A DNA stretch of 64,000 bases from the IMG/VR virus record IMGVR_UViG_3300021511_000006, positions 18,562 through 82,561 of that record. One strand, given 5' to 3'. The position numbers were made by a program, and so were the translations under genes. The stretch is from a virus. Taxonomy: Duplodnaviria > Caudoviricetes. This document shows, piece by piece, positions 55,474 through 64,000 of the stretch (within the stretch, counting starts at the first letter, position 1; every line of letters starts with the position of its first letter). The notes below the pieces were generated by a model. That model was not told the origin of the DNA and searched no databases. It was given only the letters and a program-made list of their open reading frames with translations.

Positions 55474-57931
55474 ATTTATATACTCCTTCTCTCATTCTGT
55501 TTTCAAACTTTTTATATAATAGATTAAATTCTTTTAAATCATCCTTGAAGTATTTCTTTAGAATGAGTTTAATTTGATACCAACCAGCATCCCAAGTATT
55601 TAAATGCCATTCAGGATGTTCTTCATGTAGTTGTTCCCTATATGGAAATGTTTTAATAACCAATTCAATAGCTTTGTTTAATACTTCTGCTGCATCTTTT
55701 GAAAATGATGATTCTTGTATTTTCTTGAATACGAATCTATCATGATCTCCAGTTGCATCATGGTATAATTCATCAAACCCATTTTCATTTGCTAACTGTA
55801 ACATTTGTTTATTTGGCATCCAGAACCATTCATTTTTAATATCCCAGATTTTATCTTTATATGTGATTTTTCTTAGGGATGATTGGTTTGATGAACCATT
55901 GAATAATGAATATATGATTGCATCTGTATTCCATTGTGGATATTCTGGATGTTGTTCATTTGGTGCAATATATTCATCTTTTTGATTAATCCAGTTTGGG
56001 GTAATTATTTTTCTTGCTGTAAAAAGAGATATCACTTCATAAAAATTTTTTTCAATGAAGGGAAACCCATGAAATAATGTATCACCAGATGAAAACAAAG
56101 ATACTTGTTTTGTATTGCATATTACATTATTTGAGGCATTACACATATAACCAATTGCGTTATCACACCACGTTCCTCCTCCATGTTCTTTTATAGAAAT
56201 TGGATTTGATAAATGTGGACAATCATATCTTTTTATTCCCTTGATTTTTTCTTTTGTCCATATATTAGCAGGAATACAATCATCTGTATTATACAATTCT
56301 TTATAACTATTAGTTTCTATAATACCATCTTCATTAAAATCTTTAACTTCTACTATAAATTTATTAGTATTTTTTCTTGGACTCCATAAAGAGAACATGA
56401 CTGACCACGATGATGCAGTATTAGAGAAGTGTTTTGAACAAAAGATAAACCCTTTTTCAAAACAAAACTCATTTAAAAATACTTCTCTAAATTTTTTGAA
56501 ACTACTCCCAGTAAGAAATAGAGTAGGAGAAAAGAAAGATAAAAATATATTTGTTCTTGATGTTCTTTTGAATTTAATTATTCTATATAAAAATTGGGCA
56601 TATAATTGTTCTGATGATTTTCCAAGATTTTCGTAATTCAACATTTCATAATTAATTTGGTTTTTTGAAATTGAATCTTTATTATTTCCACTAAAATTAA
56701 AATTAGATGCTGTTCCAAACGGAGGATTAAAATAAAACAATAAATCTTTTTTTATTTCATTTCCATCTTTATCTTTTTCAGGATAAAATATATTTTGTAA
56801 TCCCCCAGGAATTTTTTTACTATCTTCAATCGGAACCATTAAATCAGGAATAACATCATCATTCAGAAAATCATACTGAAACTTTACAGCTTCTGGATTA
56901 TAATGTTTAGCAACGTTTAAATATCCATAATTTATTTCAGAACAATACAACTCTTTAAATTTGAAATCTCTTGTTAAATTACCAGTTCCCCAAGCAGGAT
57001 CCCATACAACATATTCTTCTTTCCAATCAGGACCAAATTGTTCTTCAATCATTTTATGAGCTTCTAATACCCACTCTGTTGGAGTGAAAAATTCTCCTCT
57101 GAATCGTCTTGCCTCATCTTCAACTAAACGATCACATATAGCTGTTAATCTTTTCTTTTCATCAATTGAATAATTCGTTTCAAAATGTTCAAAGAAAGAA
57201 TCAAACACACTTCTGTTAATAGATACATCTCCAATTGGAGTAACTAATAGATTTTTCTTTTTTGGATGTGGATAATTATTATTAGAATCAATAAGACATC
57301 CCAAGAAAATAGATACTAATGTTTCCGAATCATATTTCTTTTTCTGTTTGATAATTCTTTCTTCAAAATATGAAAAGAATCTATTAATATTTAATTCCGT
57401 TATACGAAGTTTTTGGACTGTGTCATTATGCAGTTGTTTAATTTTATCAACTACAAATTTAAAATCAAAACGGTTATTATTAATACTAAATATATATGGT
57501 TTAATATTTTGATCATTATATAATTTTTTTGCTAATACTGGATTTTTAGAAGAAGCAACACTTGGCATGATGCTCCAATCTATATCCTCGTTTAAGTACG
57601 GTACTAAGTCATTTGAATGTAAGCAAAAACACTCGTCAAAGTCACCACCAAATATTATGCTTGGTAGTTCATCACCATGATTTTCAAAATCTTTTAAATA
57701 GTAAATTAATTGTATTAATAAATCAACTAATTGAAGTCTTTTTGTTAAATCAAAGTTGTATTTAAATTCCATTAACATTTTCAAACCATTTTCCATAAGA
57801 CCATCAGTATAATAAGGAGAACTAATTTTGGCATCTGGAAAATAGTTACTTATAACTCTTTTATATTTTTCTTCAACGTCACTTTCTACTTTACATTCTT
57901 GTAGTAGATTATACAGATTGAGTGTAGTCAT
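55457..57931 (-). CDS. Fused restriction endonuclease / amino-methyltransferase (type IIG-like)
   Basis: N-terminal TDGL..MEFK (PD-ExK-like), FFTP, VWDPAWGTGNL motif I, FNPPFG motif IV. Confidence 0.7.
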   Translation of the reverse strand: MTTLNLYNLLQECKVESDVEEKYKRVISNYFPDAKISSPYYTDGLMENGLKMLMEFKYNFDLTKRLQLVDLLIQLIYYLKDFENHGDELPSIIFGGDFDECFCLHSNDLVPYLNEDIDWSIMPSVASSKNPVLAKKLYNDQNIKPYIFSINNNRFDFKFVVDKIKQLHNDTVQKLRITELNINRFFSYFEERIIKQKKKYDSETLVSIFLGCLIDSNNNYPHPKKKNLLVTPIGDVSINRSVFDSFFEHFETNYSIDEKKRLTAICDRLVEDEARRFRGEFFTPTEWVLEAHKMIEEQFGPDWKEEYVVWDPAWGTGNLTRDFKFKELYCSEINYGYLNVAKHYNPEAVKFQYDFLNDDVIPDLMVPIEDSKKIPGGLQNIFYPEKDKDGNEIKKDLLFYFNPPFGTASNFNFSGNNKDSISKNQINYEMLNYENLGKSSEQLYAQFLYRIIKFKRTSRTNIFLSFFSPTLFLTGSSFKKFREVFLNEFCFEKGFIFCSKHFSNTASSWSVMFSLWSPRKNTNKFIVEVKDFNEDGIIETNSYKELYNTDDCIPANIWTKEKIKGIKRYDCPHLSNPISIKEHGGGTWCDNAIGYMCNASNNVICNTKQVSLFSSGDTLFHGFPFIEKNFYEVISLFTARKIITPNWINQKDEYIAPNEQHPEYPQWNTDAIIYSLFNGSSNQSSLRKITYKDKIWDIKNEWFWMPNKQMLQLANENGFDELYHDATGDHDRFVFKKIQESSFSKDAAEVLNKAIELVIKTFPYREQLHEEHPEWHLNTWDAGWYQIKLILKKYFKDDLKEFNLLYKKFENRMREGVYKFGFLK

Positions 57932-57952
57932 TTAAGTCTCCTTTTTGTTATT

Positions 57953-59740
57953 TTATCCCATTACCAACTTTCTTTTCTCTTCTGGACTCGAAAATAGTTT
58001 TACAAGACTATTAATATCCTTGCTATATTCAATAGACATTAAGTTTCTTGTTCCTTCATCCAACAAACAAATTTTCAATTGTGCAGGATTCATTTCCCCA
58101 AGCCCTTTATATCTTTGAATAGTTCTGCCCTTATCTCTTGCCTTCTGTACCATCTTATCAGACCATAATGGAATAAATGTTTTCTTCTCATTAATAGCAA
58201 ATAGTGGAGTTTGGACAATATAATATCTACCTGATTTAATAATCTCAGGTAATAATATAGCAATAACCATCGTTACAAGACATGCAATATGAAACCCATC
58301 AAAATCTGCATCAGTTGCACATATTATTTTGTCATATCTCATTTTAGATAAGTCAAATTGTGGTTCAATACCTGTACCAATTGCTCTAACCAATTCACCA
58401 ACCTCCTTATTATCAAGGATACTTTTTTTGGTTGTAATGTTTGGTATTGATTTTCCTTTCAATGGAAGAACTGCATGTAAACGGGGATCTCTTGATTGAA
58501 GTATAGAACCTCCAGCTGACTCTCCTTCCACAATATATAACTCGCCATTTCTGCTTGTACAATCTCGAAGTTTTGTAAATTGTGTAGAAGCTCTTCGGCC
58601 TCCTGTTCCATTTTTCTTTAACTTTTGTGAGTCAAGTCTCCTTCTATAATCCTGAAATCTTTCTAGGTATTCTATTAGAAGTTGTTCTTTTTCTACAGCG
58701 AAAATGTCTAATTGTTTCCGAAAGTCACTTCTAAATTTATTAAAATCAGTTTTATGATTAATTAATTTATCTTTTGTCTGACCTGAAAATTTTGGTTCAA
58801 GCATACTTAATATCAGATATGCTCTTAATCTAAAGAATACATCATTAGGTTGAAAGGAGAAACCATGTTTTTTACCTTTTGCTAAGAAAAAATCTTTTAA
58901 CATATCCCAAAATACTCCAACATGACTTCCGCCATGATCAACTGGCAATAAATTTACCGAAGACATAATCTTTGGAGACACTGGACCAGTTGGTTCATAT
59001 GTAAACAATACTTGAAACTTTTCTGGTTTTCTTTCTGATAATAAAGTTGTAATCTCTATATCTTTTGCTGAATCTAATGTTGATTCTACAAAATGCTTTT
59101 CAATATTTAATTTAAATACTTCACTTTTCCCGTCTATATCTAAGACAAATCTTAAATTATCTGGCATCTCTGCTGAAGCAGTAGTTAATCGTTTTCTTAT
59201 TCTATCTATATTAGGCATTAAAGTGTGAAAATATTTCTTATTTGGTACAAACTCGATCTTTGTGGAAAAGGGACACACACCCTTATGATCTTCAATATCT
59301 GATTTCTTTAACTTACTGTCTTTAAAGTAATATATTGCATGTTTTTTGTTTCTGTAAATTTCAACTGTATATTCTTTACTCAGGGCATTAACGGCAACAA
59401 GCCCAATTCCATGTAGCCCGCTACAAATTTTATATGCTGATTTCTTATCTTGAAATTTTGCACCTGAAAATAATTTAGAAGATATAATAACTGGAGTATC
59501 ATTACCAAAAGGTATCCCCCTTCCGTTGTCGAGCACTGAGAATTTATTTTCTTTTGTATTAATTATAACAGCGACTATATTAGCATATCCTGCCAGAGCT
59601 TCATCGAGAGCATTATCAATCGCTTCTTCCCATAAATGTGTGGGGGTATTTGTGTCCCCTATATACATGGATGGGTTTAATTGAATATGTTCAATTTCTT
59701 CAAGGACACGAATATCAGTTGATTTGTATTTTCCTTCCAT
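57953..59740 (-). CDS. gyrB: Type IIA topoisomerase subunit B (GyrB/ParE-like)
   Basis: EAIDNALDE, DNGRGIP, GLHGIG, TOPRIM IVEGESAGGS, PLKGK, DADFDG, RYKGLGEMN. Confidence 0.95.
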   Translation of the reverse strand: MEGKYKSTDIRVLEEIEHIQLNPSMYIGDTNTPTHLWEEAIDNALDEALAGYANIVAVIINTKENKFSVLDNGRGIPFGNDTPVIISSKLFSGAKFQDKKSAYKICSGLHGIGLVAVNALSKEYTVEIYRNKKHAIYYFKDSKLKKSDIEDHKGVCPFSTKIEFVPNKKYFHTLMPNIDRIRKRLTTASAEMPDNLRFVLDIDGKSEVFKLNIEKHFVESTLDSAKDIEITTLLSERKPEKFQVLFTYEPTGPVSPKIMSSVNLLPVDHGGSHVGVFWDMLKDFFLAKGKKHGFSFQPNDVFFRLRAYLILSMLEPKFSGQTKDKLINHKTDFNKFRSDFRKQLDIFAVEKEQLLIEYLERFQDYRRRLDSQKLKKNGTGGRRASTQFTKLRDCTSRNGELYIVEGESAGGSILQSRDPRLHAVLPLKGKSIPNITTKKSILDNKEVGELVRAIGTGIEPQFDLSKMRYDKIICATDADFDGFHIACLVTMVIAILLPEIIKSGRYYIVQTPLFAINEKKTFIPLWSDKMVQKARDKGRTIQRYKGLGEMNPAQLKICLLDEGTRNLMSIEYSKDINSLVKLFSSPEEKRKLVMG

Positions 59741-60486
59741 CTATTTCTCTCCTTTAATAATCTATTACATAACCACCCATTTTTATGTTGCTTTATTTTT
59801 CCGTTAGCAACATATTGCATACAATCATAATTAAGACTATATTTATCACAGAATTTTTTAAGATTAAATACTCTAAAACTTTCTCCTATGGGAGATGTAC
59901 AAAGATATTCAAATTTTGTTCTGCCAGATAATTTATCACTAACTTTTTTTACTGTTTCTGCATTATGCATTGGAGGATTTTGTTTAGTAAAAATACTTTG
60001 ATCAGGTCTTTTTCTTCCTCTCAAAGTATTACCGTGCTTTATACATTCTTCAACATTTGACATTCTTCCTCTGCCTTTCTTAATCATATCCACAGCATTA
60101 TCCTTATATGTACCAATAAATAAATGTTCTGGATTTACACAACAAGGATTATCACAATGGTGACACACTAACATTCCATCTGGTATTGATCCTTTATATA
60201 ATTCATAAAGTAGTCTGTGGGCAAGATTGTCATCATATTTTCCATAATTCTTTGATATTTTGCCTTGTATCCATTCCCAACATTCTGTATCTTTATTAAT
60301 AATATATCGTGTACCTACTTCTATTTTAAGATACTCTTTAAGCAAATCAGGATATTTTAACCAGTATTGTTCTTTACTTATATTATGGTTTTTCATTCTT
60401 GTAATGTGTTGATTTAAATATCTTAAACTATAGAAAGAGGCATCACATATTTGACATACAAATAATCTCTCTTTTGTTTTTATCAT
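59677..60486 (-). CDS. HNH homing endonuclease (HNH_3 type) with N-terminal Zn finger
   Basis: CWEW, AHRLLY, VCHHCDNPCCVNPEHLFIGT..DN. Confidence 0.85.
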   Translation of the reverse strand: MIKTKERLFVCQICDASFYSLRYLNQHITRMKNHNISKEQYWLKYPDLLKEYLKIEVGTRYIINKDTECWEWIQGKISKNYGKYDDNLAHRLLYELYKGSIPDGMLVCHHCDNPCCVNPEHLFIGTYKDNAVDMIKKGRGRMSNVEECIKHGNTLRGRKRPDQSIFTKQNPPMHNAETVKKVSDKLSGRTKFEYLCTSPIGESFRVFNLKKFCDKYSLNYDCMQYVANGKIKQHKNGWLCNRLLKERNRWKENTNQLIFVSLKKLNIFN

Positions 60487-60580
60487 TTATCCTCCTCCTA
60501 TTATTATAGTTCTACAAAATAAGTTTAATAGCCAGACTTTAATAAGTCCAGCTACCAAACTTTTTACTGACTATATTTTA

Positions 60581-60727
60581 CTACTTGTTTTCCGGTATAA
60601 ATAACGGGAATACCCATACTATTCCAATGAACATTCCCACTATTGAGATTATTAGTGCCTTGCTATTTCCATTTAAAATTGCAGAAATAAAACACCACCA
60701 CTGAACCGTATAAAATAAAAATTTCAT
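60581..60727 (-). CDS. Small two-TM membrane protein (48 aa), not in the ORF track
   Basis: MKFLFYTVQWWCFISAILNGNSKALIISIVGMFIGIVWVFPLFIPENK. ATGA overlap with the vWA stop. Confidence 0.45.
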   Translation of the reverse strand: MKFLFYTVQWWCFISAILNGNSKALIISIVGMFIGIVWVFPLFIPENK

Positions 60728-61980
60728 ATCTGCACCACGTATCCAGTTCGGTTGACATTTTCTGCTGTACCACCTTTAGTAATAACCCAAATCAATTTCT
60801 TTGGTAGAGATTTCCTTGGGAGATTATTTATATCTTCAGTATAACCATCTGTGAAAGCAAGACAAACATCACAGTTAAGTTGTCTAGCCCTTTCAAGACC
60901 AGGAAACAAAGTTGTTCCGCCTCTTCCTTTAATATTGAATTGAATATCTCTTATTCTCCTGACTTCATATTCTTTTTCTACAGCGGCATCTACTTCTAAA
61001 ACAGTAGTATAACAATGACGATCATTCTCAATAATATTTTTAACACCAGAGAGACCCTCTAAAATATCATCCACGTTCATACTTCCAGATGTATCAATCA
61101 ACACAACAATATCAAAAGTCATGTCTCTTGTTTTACCTGGAAATGGAGATATCTGCGGAATATACTTATTATCTTTTAATGCAAAGACATAAGTTCGTTT
61201 TCTATTAATTTTAGTTGGGCTTCTCAAAAACTTACTGAATCTTGATCCTCTAATTAATTTCCTGATGATTTGATAATATGGAGCTTTTGGTGGAGCAAGG
61301 GCTCCTTCTATTAGTTGAGCTATATGAGATGGTATAGTTCCTCTATCTTTATTAAAACTCTTGACCGATTCTTTAATAATATTCTGAACATGTTGGTCAA
61401 TCTTTCTCGACAGTGAACTAAGGTCGGGAACACCCTCTGTACCTTTTTTCCATGTAGCGTGATCATTGAATGCCTTATTTCCTGCCATGTTTACAGTTTT
61501 GGCAGTCTTCAATAGTTCATAAAAATAGTATTCGGTTACTTTACCTTCTTCTAATTTATAATTTTCTGGAAGACATGGAGGCCAAGGTTTCCCATCTATT
61601 ACAATTGGTTCTCTGATATTTGCCTGTGTATTAACAGTACAATCTGCTGCAACATTCCAAACTTCAGTCTTAATTGTTTTCCTTTGCTCAGAAGTTTCAT
61701 TCGCTAAAATGCGAAGATATCTTGGAATATGTTTATTAAGAATATGCATTCCTTCGTGCTCAATTATTTTTAATATTGATTTATCACTAGTATTCACCAT
61801 TAAGTCGGGCTCGAAGTATAATGAAATTGTACCGTCTTTTTCAGGACCTACCCCCATAATTGAGGGTAGTCCTTTTACAGGTTTTCTTCTTATTCTTGAG
61901 AACAAGTAACCCCAGTAATTATATTTCAAGACGAATCTTGCAACTAATTCTCTGAGACGTTCTCCTTGAGGTCTACTCAT
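60724..61980 (-). CDS. Metallopeptidase-like + vWA domain protein (DUF2201 type)
   Basis: EHEGMH (HExxH), WNVAADC.VN, MIDAS DTSGSM, GRGGT, FTDG. Confidence 0.85.
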   Translation of the reverse strand: MSRPQGERLRELVARFVLKYNYWGYLFSRIRRKPVKGLPSIMGVGPEKDGTISLYFEPDLMVNTSDKSILKIIEHEGMHILNKHIPRYLRILANETSEQRKTIKTEVWNVAADCTVNTQANIREPIVIDGKPWPPCLPENYKLEEGKVTEYYFYELLKTAKTVNMAGNKAFNDHATWKKGTEGVPDLSSLSRKIDQHVQNIIKESVKSFNKDRGTIPSHIAQLIEGALAPPKAPYYQIIRKLIRGSRFSKFLRSPTKINRKRTYVFALKDNKYIPQISPFPGKTRDMTFDIVVLIDTSGSMNVDDILEGLSGVKNIIENDRHCYTTVLEVDAAVEKEYEVRRIRDIQFNIKGRGGTTLFPGLERARQLNCDVCLAFTDGYTEDINNLPRKSLPKKLIWVITKGGTAENVNRTGYVVQI

Positions 61981-63224
61981 TAGAGATTTCCCTCACCTGC
62001 TTTAACAATTGGATCATAGAAATTTTTCTTATAGGATTTAGATCCTTTCAAAAGTGACAGGTGAATTTTTGTCATATATTTAAATGGTTCAGATGATCTG
62101 TTAAATGAATCTATCTGTGATATAAATAATGCCGATGTATCAATAGGCATCATTAATAGAAAATCAAGTACATTCTTTAACTTATTATCATCATGCTGAG
62201 GCATTGATGTTGTCATAAATGTACAGAATCCAACCATAAGCTCCCCTAATTTAGCGTTATTATTATCTTTAAGAAGCTGTTGAATTTGAGGTTTGATCTC
62301 TCTTAAATTATAAAACACATCTTTAGGATTGATGTCTTTCTTATCCCGGGCGAATTCAATGAATAATCGAGTCATATTTGTATTAAGAAGTCCAGCAGCT
62401 TTAACTTCAATTTCATCAAAGTCTATGGTTTTACGTCGAATCTTCATTTTCCATAAATGATCTGATAATTTTTCATAACTTGCTGGATTTGCATAAACCG
62501 ACCCAATCTTTTGGGCTTGAAAATCATAAAGATATTCTGGGTGGGTTTGAATGAACTCAATAATATATGGATGAAAATCTTGTGCTATTGCATATGCAAG
62601 AAAGTCAGTTGCAAGAACTTCAGTATATAGATGTAATTGTCTTCTTAGTCCTGCTGCATCTTCAAGATTGTCCATTGAATATTCAGAATCATCTGGATTA
62701 TCAATTGATATAACAAACCACCCCTTTGGGAATGGATGCCTATGGACAGAATATTCATTTTGAATCTGCCATAGTAATTGTTGTAGCTGATGATCACCTC
62801 GTGAAAATTCATCAATTACAAATATTCCAAATGAGTTCTTTTCTTTCGGTACAAAATCCGAATATAACATTTTAAATGTTGGTTCCCCAGTTTCTGCTCC
62901 AACTGGGAATGGAATGATAAAATCATCTCTTGATAGAACAGGAGATTTGATCATAAGACAACCAAACTCCTGCTCTTTTTTATTACCAAATATTTCTTGT
63001 GTTAATTCTTCGGCAATCTGATAGCATATCTGTGTTTTTCCAACACCGGCTGGACCGATGATATGATAACATTGTTTATCAACTTCTCGACCTGCTTGCC
63101 AGGCTGCAATTGTGTCTTTAATGTCTTCTTTTAGTAATGTTTTAATTTTCGCAATAGAGAGAACTGATATATTCAATCTCTCATGGTATTTCAATTCTTG
63201 TTCTTGAGTATTTTCGTCAGGCAT
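61980..63224 (-). CDS. MoxR-like AAA+ ATPase
   Basis: GPAGVGKT, FVIDEFSRG, SIDNP, AGLRRQ. Coupled to the vWA gene. Confidence 0.85.
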   Translation of the reverse strand: MPDENTQEQELKYHERLNISVLSIAKIKTLLKEDIKDTIAAWQAGREVDKQCYHIIGPAGVGKTQICYQIAEELTQEIFGNKKEQEFGCLMIKSPVLSRDDFIIPFPVGAETGEPTFKMLYSDFVPKEKNSFGIFVIDEFSRGDHQLQQLLWQIQNEYSVHRHPFPKGWFVISIDNPDDSEYSMDNLEDAAGLRRQLHLYTEVLATDFLAYAIAQDFHPYIIEFIQTHPEYLYDFQAQKIGSVYANPASYEKLSDHLWKMKIRRKTIDFDEIEVKAAGLLNTNMTRLFIEFARDKKDINPKDVFYNLREIKPQIQQLLKDNNNAKLGELMVGFCTFMTTSMPQHDDNKLKNVLDFLLMMPIDTSALFISQIDSFNRSSEPFKYMTKIHLSLLKGSKSYKKNFYDPIVKAGEGNL

Positions 63225-63250
63225 TGCGGATCTCCTTTTCTTTGGTTAAC

Positions 63251-64000
63251 TTAAAATTCTATGTCATCAAAACTGAACAATTTATCTGATACTTCTTCCT
63301 TTGCCGGTTCCGAAGCTGCTTCGCTTTTTGTTTCTGGAGCTTTCTCTGCTTCTGTTGATAATACACCTTCTGGTTTTGCTCCGTAACCTGTAGTTTGCTT
63401 TCTTTTAGACCAGTCGAATTTATCATTGAATTGTTCGAGAGTGTCTTTAGATAGCTTCAATATTTTAAGAACAGCTTCTTTTGGGAGTTCAACACCTTTA
63501 TTAAGTTCAAAGATGTTTACTTCATTATTAAATGATGAAGTTGCTGTCCCTCTGGTTATTTTTGTAACGAACCTTTTGTTATTGACTACAGCTTTTTCAA
63601 ATGCTTTGCTTTGATCTGTAACAGGTTCAAAAATAGGAGACAACTCTTCATTATACATATTGTTAAGATATTCTGAAACATTTGAATATCTCATTCCCTT
63701 TCCCCTTATAAATATAAATACTGGTCTCTTTTCTTCTGTGAGGATAGGACTTCCATTTTCATTACAATAAATACCTGCAACCAGTATTTGAGATCTGCAT
63801 GGATTACAGAAATCAACTGCTGCTCGGTCTGCTGATGTAAGAGGACATTCTCTCAGCTTTCCATCACCTGTTTTAGCTGTACCGAACCAGGGAGCTTGTC
63901 CTTCTTTAAATGAAGTACATACAATACTATCACGCCCACGTTCAGTCTTAATATTTACGAGAATCTCTTTAGTATGAGTGATAATCATATGAACACAATC
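63251..64000 (-). CDS. Putative ssDNA-binding protein (5'-truncated by the window edge)
   Basis: Frame open to base 64000. Cys-containing beta-rich core, flexible linker and acidic-aromatic tail LFSFDDIEF. Confidence 0.4.
   Translation of the reverse strand, partial: DCVHMIITHTKEILVNIKTERGRDSIVCTSFKEGQAPWFGTAKTGDGKLRECPLTSADRAAVDFCNPCRSQILVAGIYCNENGSPILTEEKRPVFIFIRGKGMRYSNVSEYLNNMYNEELSPIFEPVTDQSKAFEKAVVNNKRFVTKITRGTATSSFNNEVNIFELNKGVELPKEAVLKILKLSKDTLEQFNDKFDWSKRKQTTGYGAKPEGVLSTEAEKAPETKSEAASEPAKEEVSDKLFSFDDIEF

Noticed and set aside
257-63614. Numerous short overlapping ORF-track entries (e.g. 257-580, 3599-3820, 11784-12005, 30947-31288, 40517-40882, 47938-48324, 52974-53726, 55267-55464)
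   Set aside because: Alternative-frame or antisense ORFs inside well-supported genes, with no SD or recognisable motifs.
1-64000. Stop-codon reassignment, tRNA or rRNA genes, self-splicing introns or inteins in terL, RNAP or gyrase
   Set aside because: Core genes are intact under code 11 and use TAA, TGA and TAG as stops. The conserved genes are compact with no insertions. No cloverleaf or rRNA-like sequence was seen by eye (tRNAscan-SE not run).

Overview
This 64-kb window is part of an AT-rich, gene-dense jumbo myophage genome (standard genetic code, GGAG Shine-Dalgarno sites, so a bacterial host). Positions 1-1053 and 4596-14349 (+ strand) and 14346-22965 (- strand) hold a T4-like contractile-tail morphogenesis module: sheath, tube, gp26/gp51-like, gp25, gp6-like wedge, tape measure, large terminase and a hub-like gene. 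From about 23100 to 64000 a long minus-strand block encodes replication, transcription and accessory functions. These include compact unsplit RNA polymerase beta and beta' subunits, SbcCD/Mre11-Rad50, an SF2 helicase, GyrA and GyrB, FolE2, QueD, a fused REase-MTase, a vWA + MoxR-type AAA pair and three HNH endonucleases. The most notable observations are: (1) a complete phage-encoded ubiquitin-like conjugation locus (Ubl, E1, JAB, E2-family fusion, plus a second E1-like/E2-like pair) next to the RNAP genes; (2) six otherwise divergent small proteins sharing an N-terminal MKIKxDF(V/I)TNSS(S/C) motif, three of them next to or within two genes of radical SAM enzymes; (3) two tandem mini-proteins with a type IV prepilin signal; (4) a candidate +1 ribosomal frameshift at TTT_TTT_CGC joining the gp26-like and gp51-like frames; (5) two recurrent promoter-like motifs and GC-rich structured intergenic elements. 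I saw no tRNA, rRNA or CRISPR array. All functional calls come from motif recognition by eye, without database searches.
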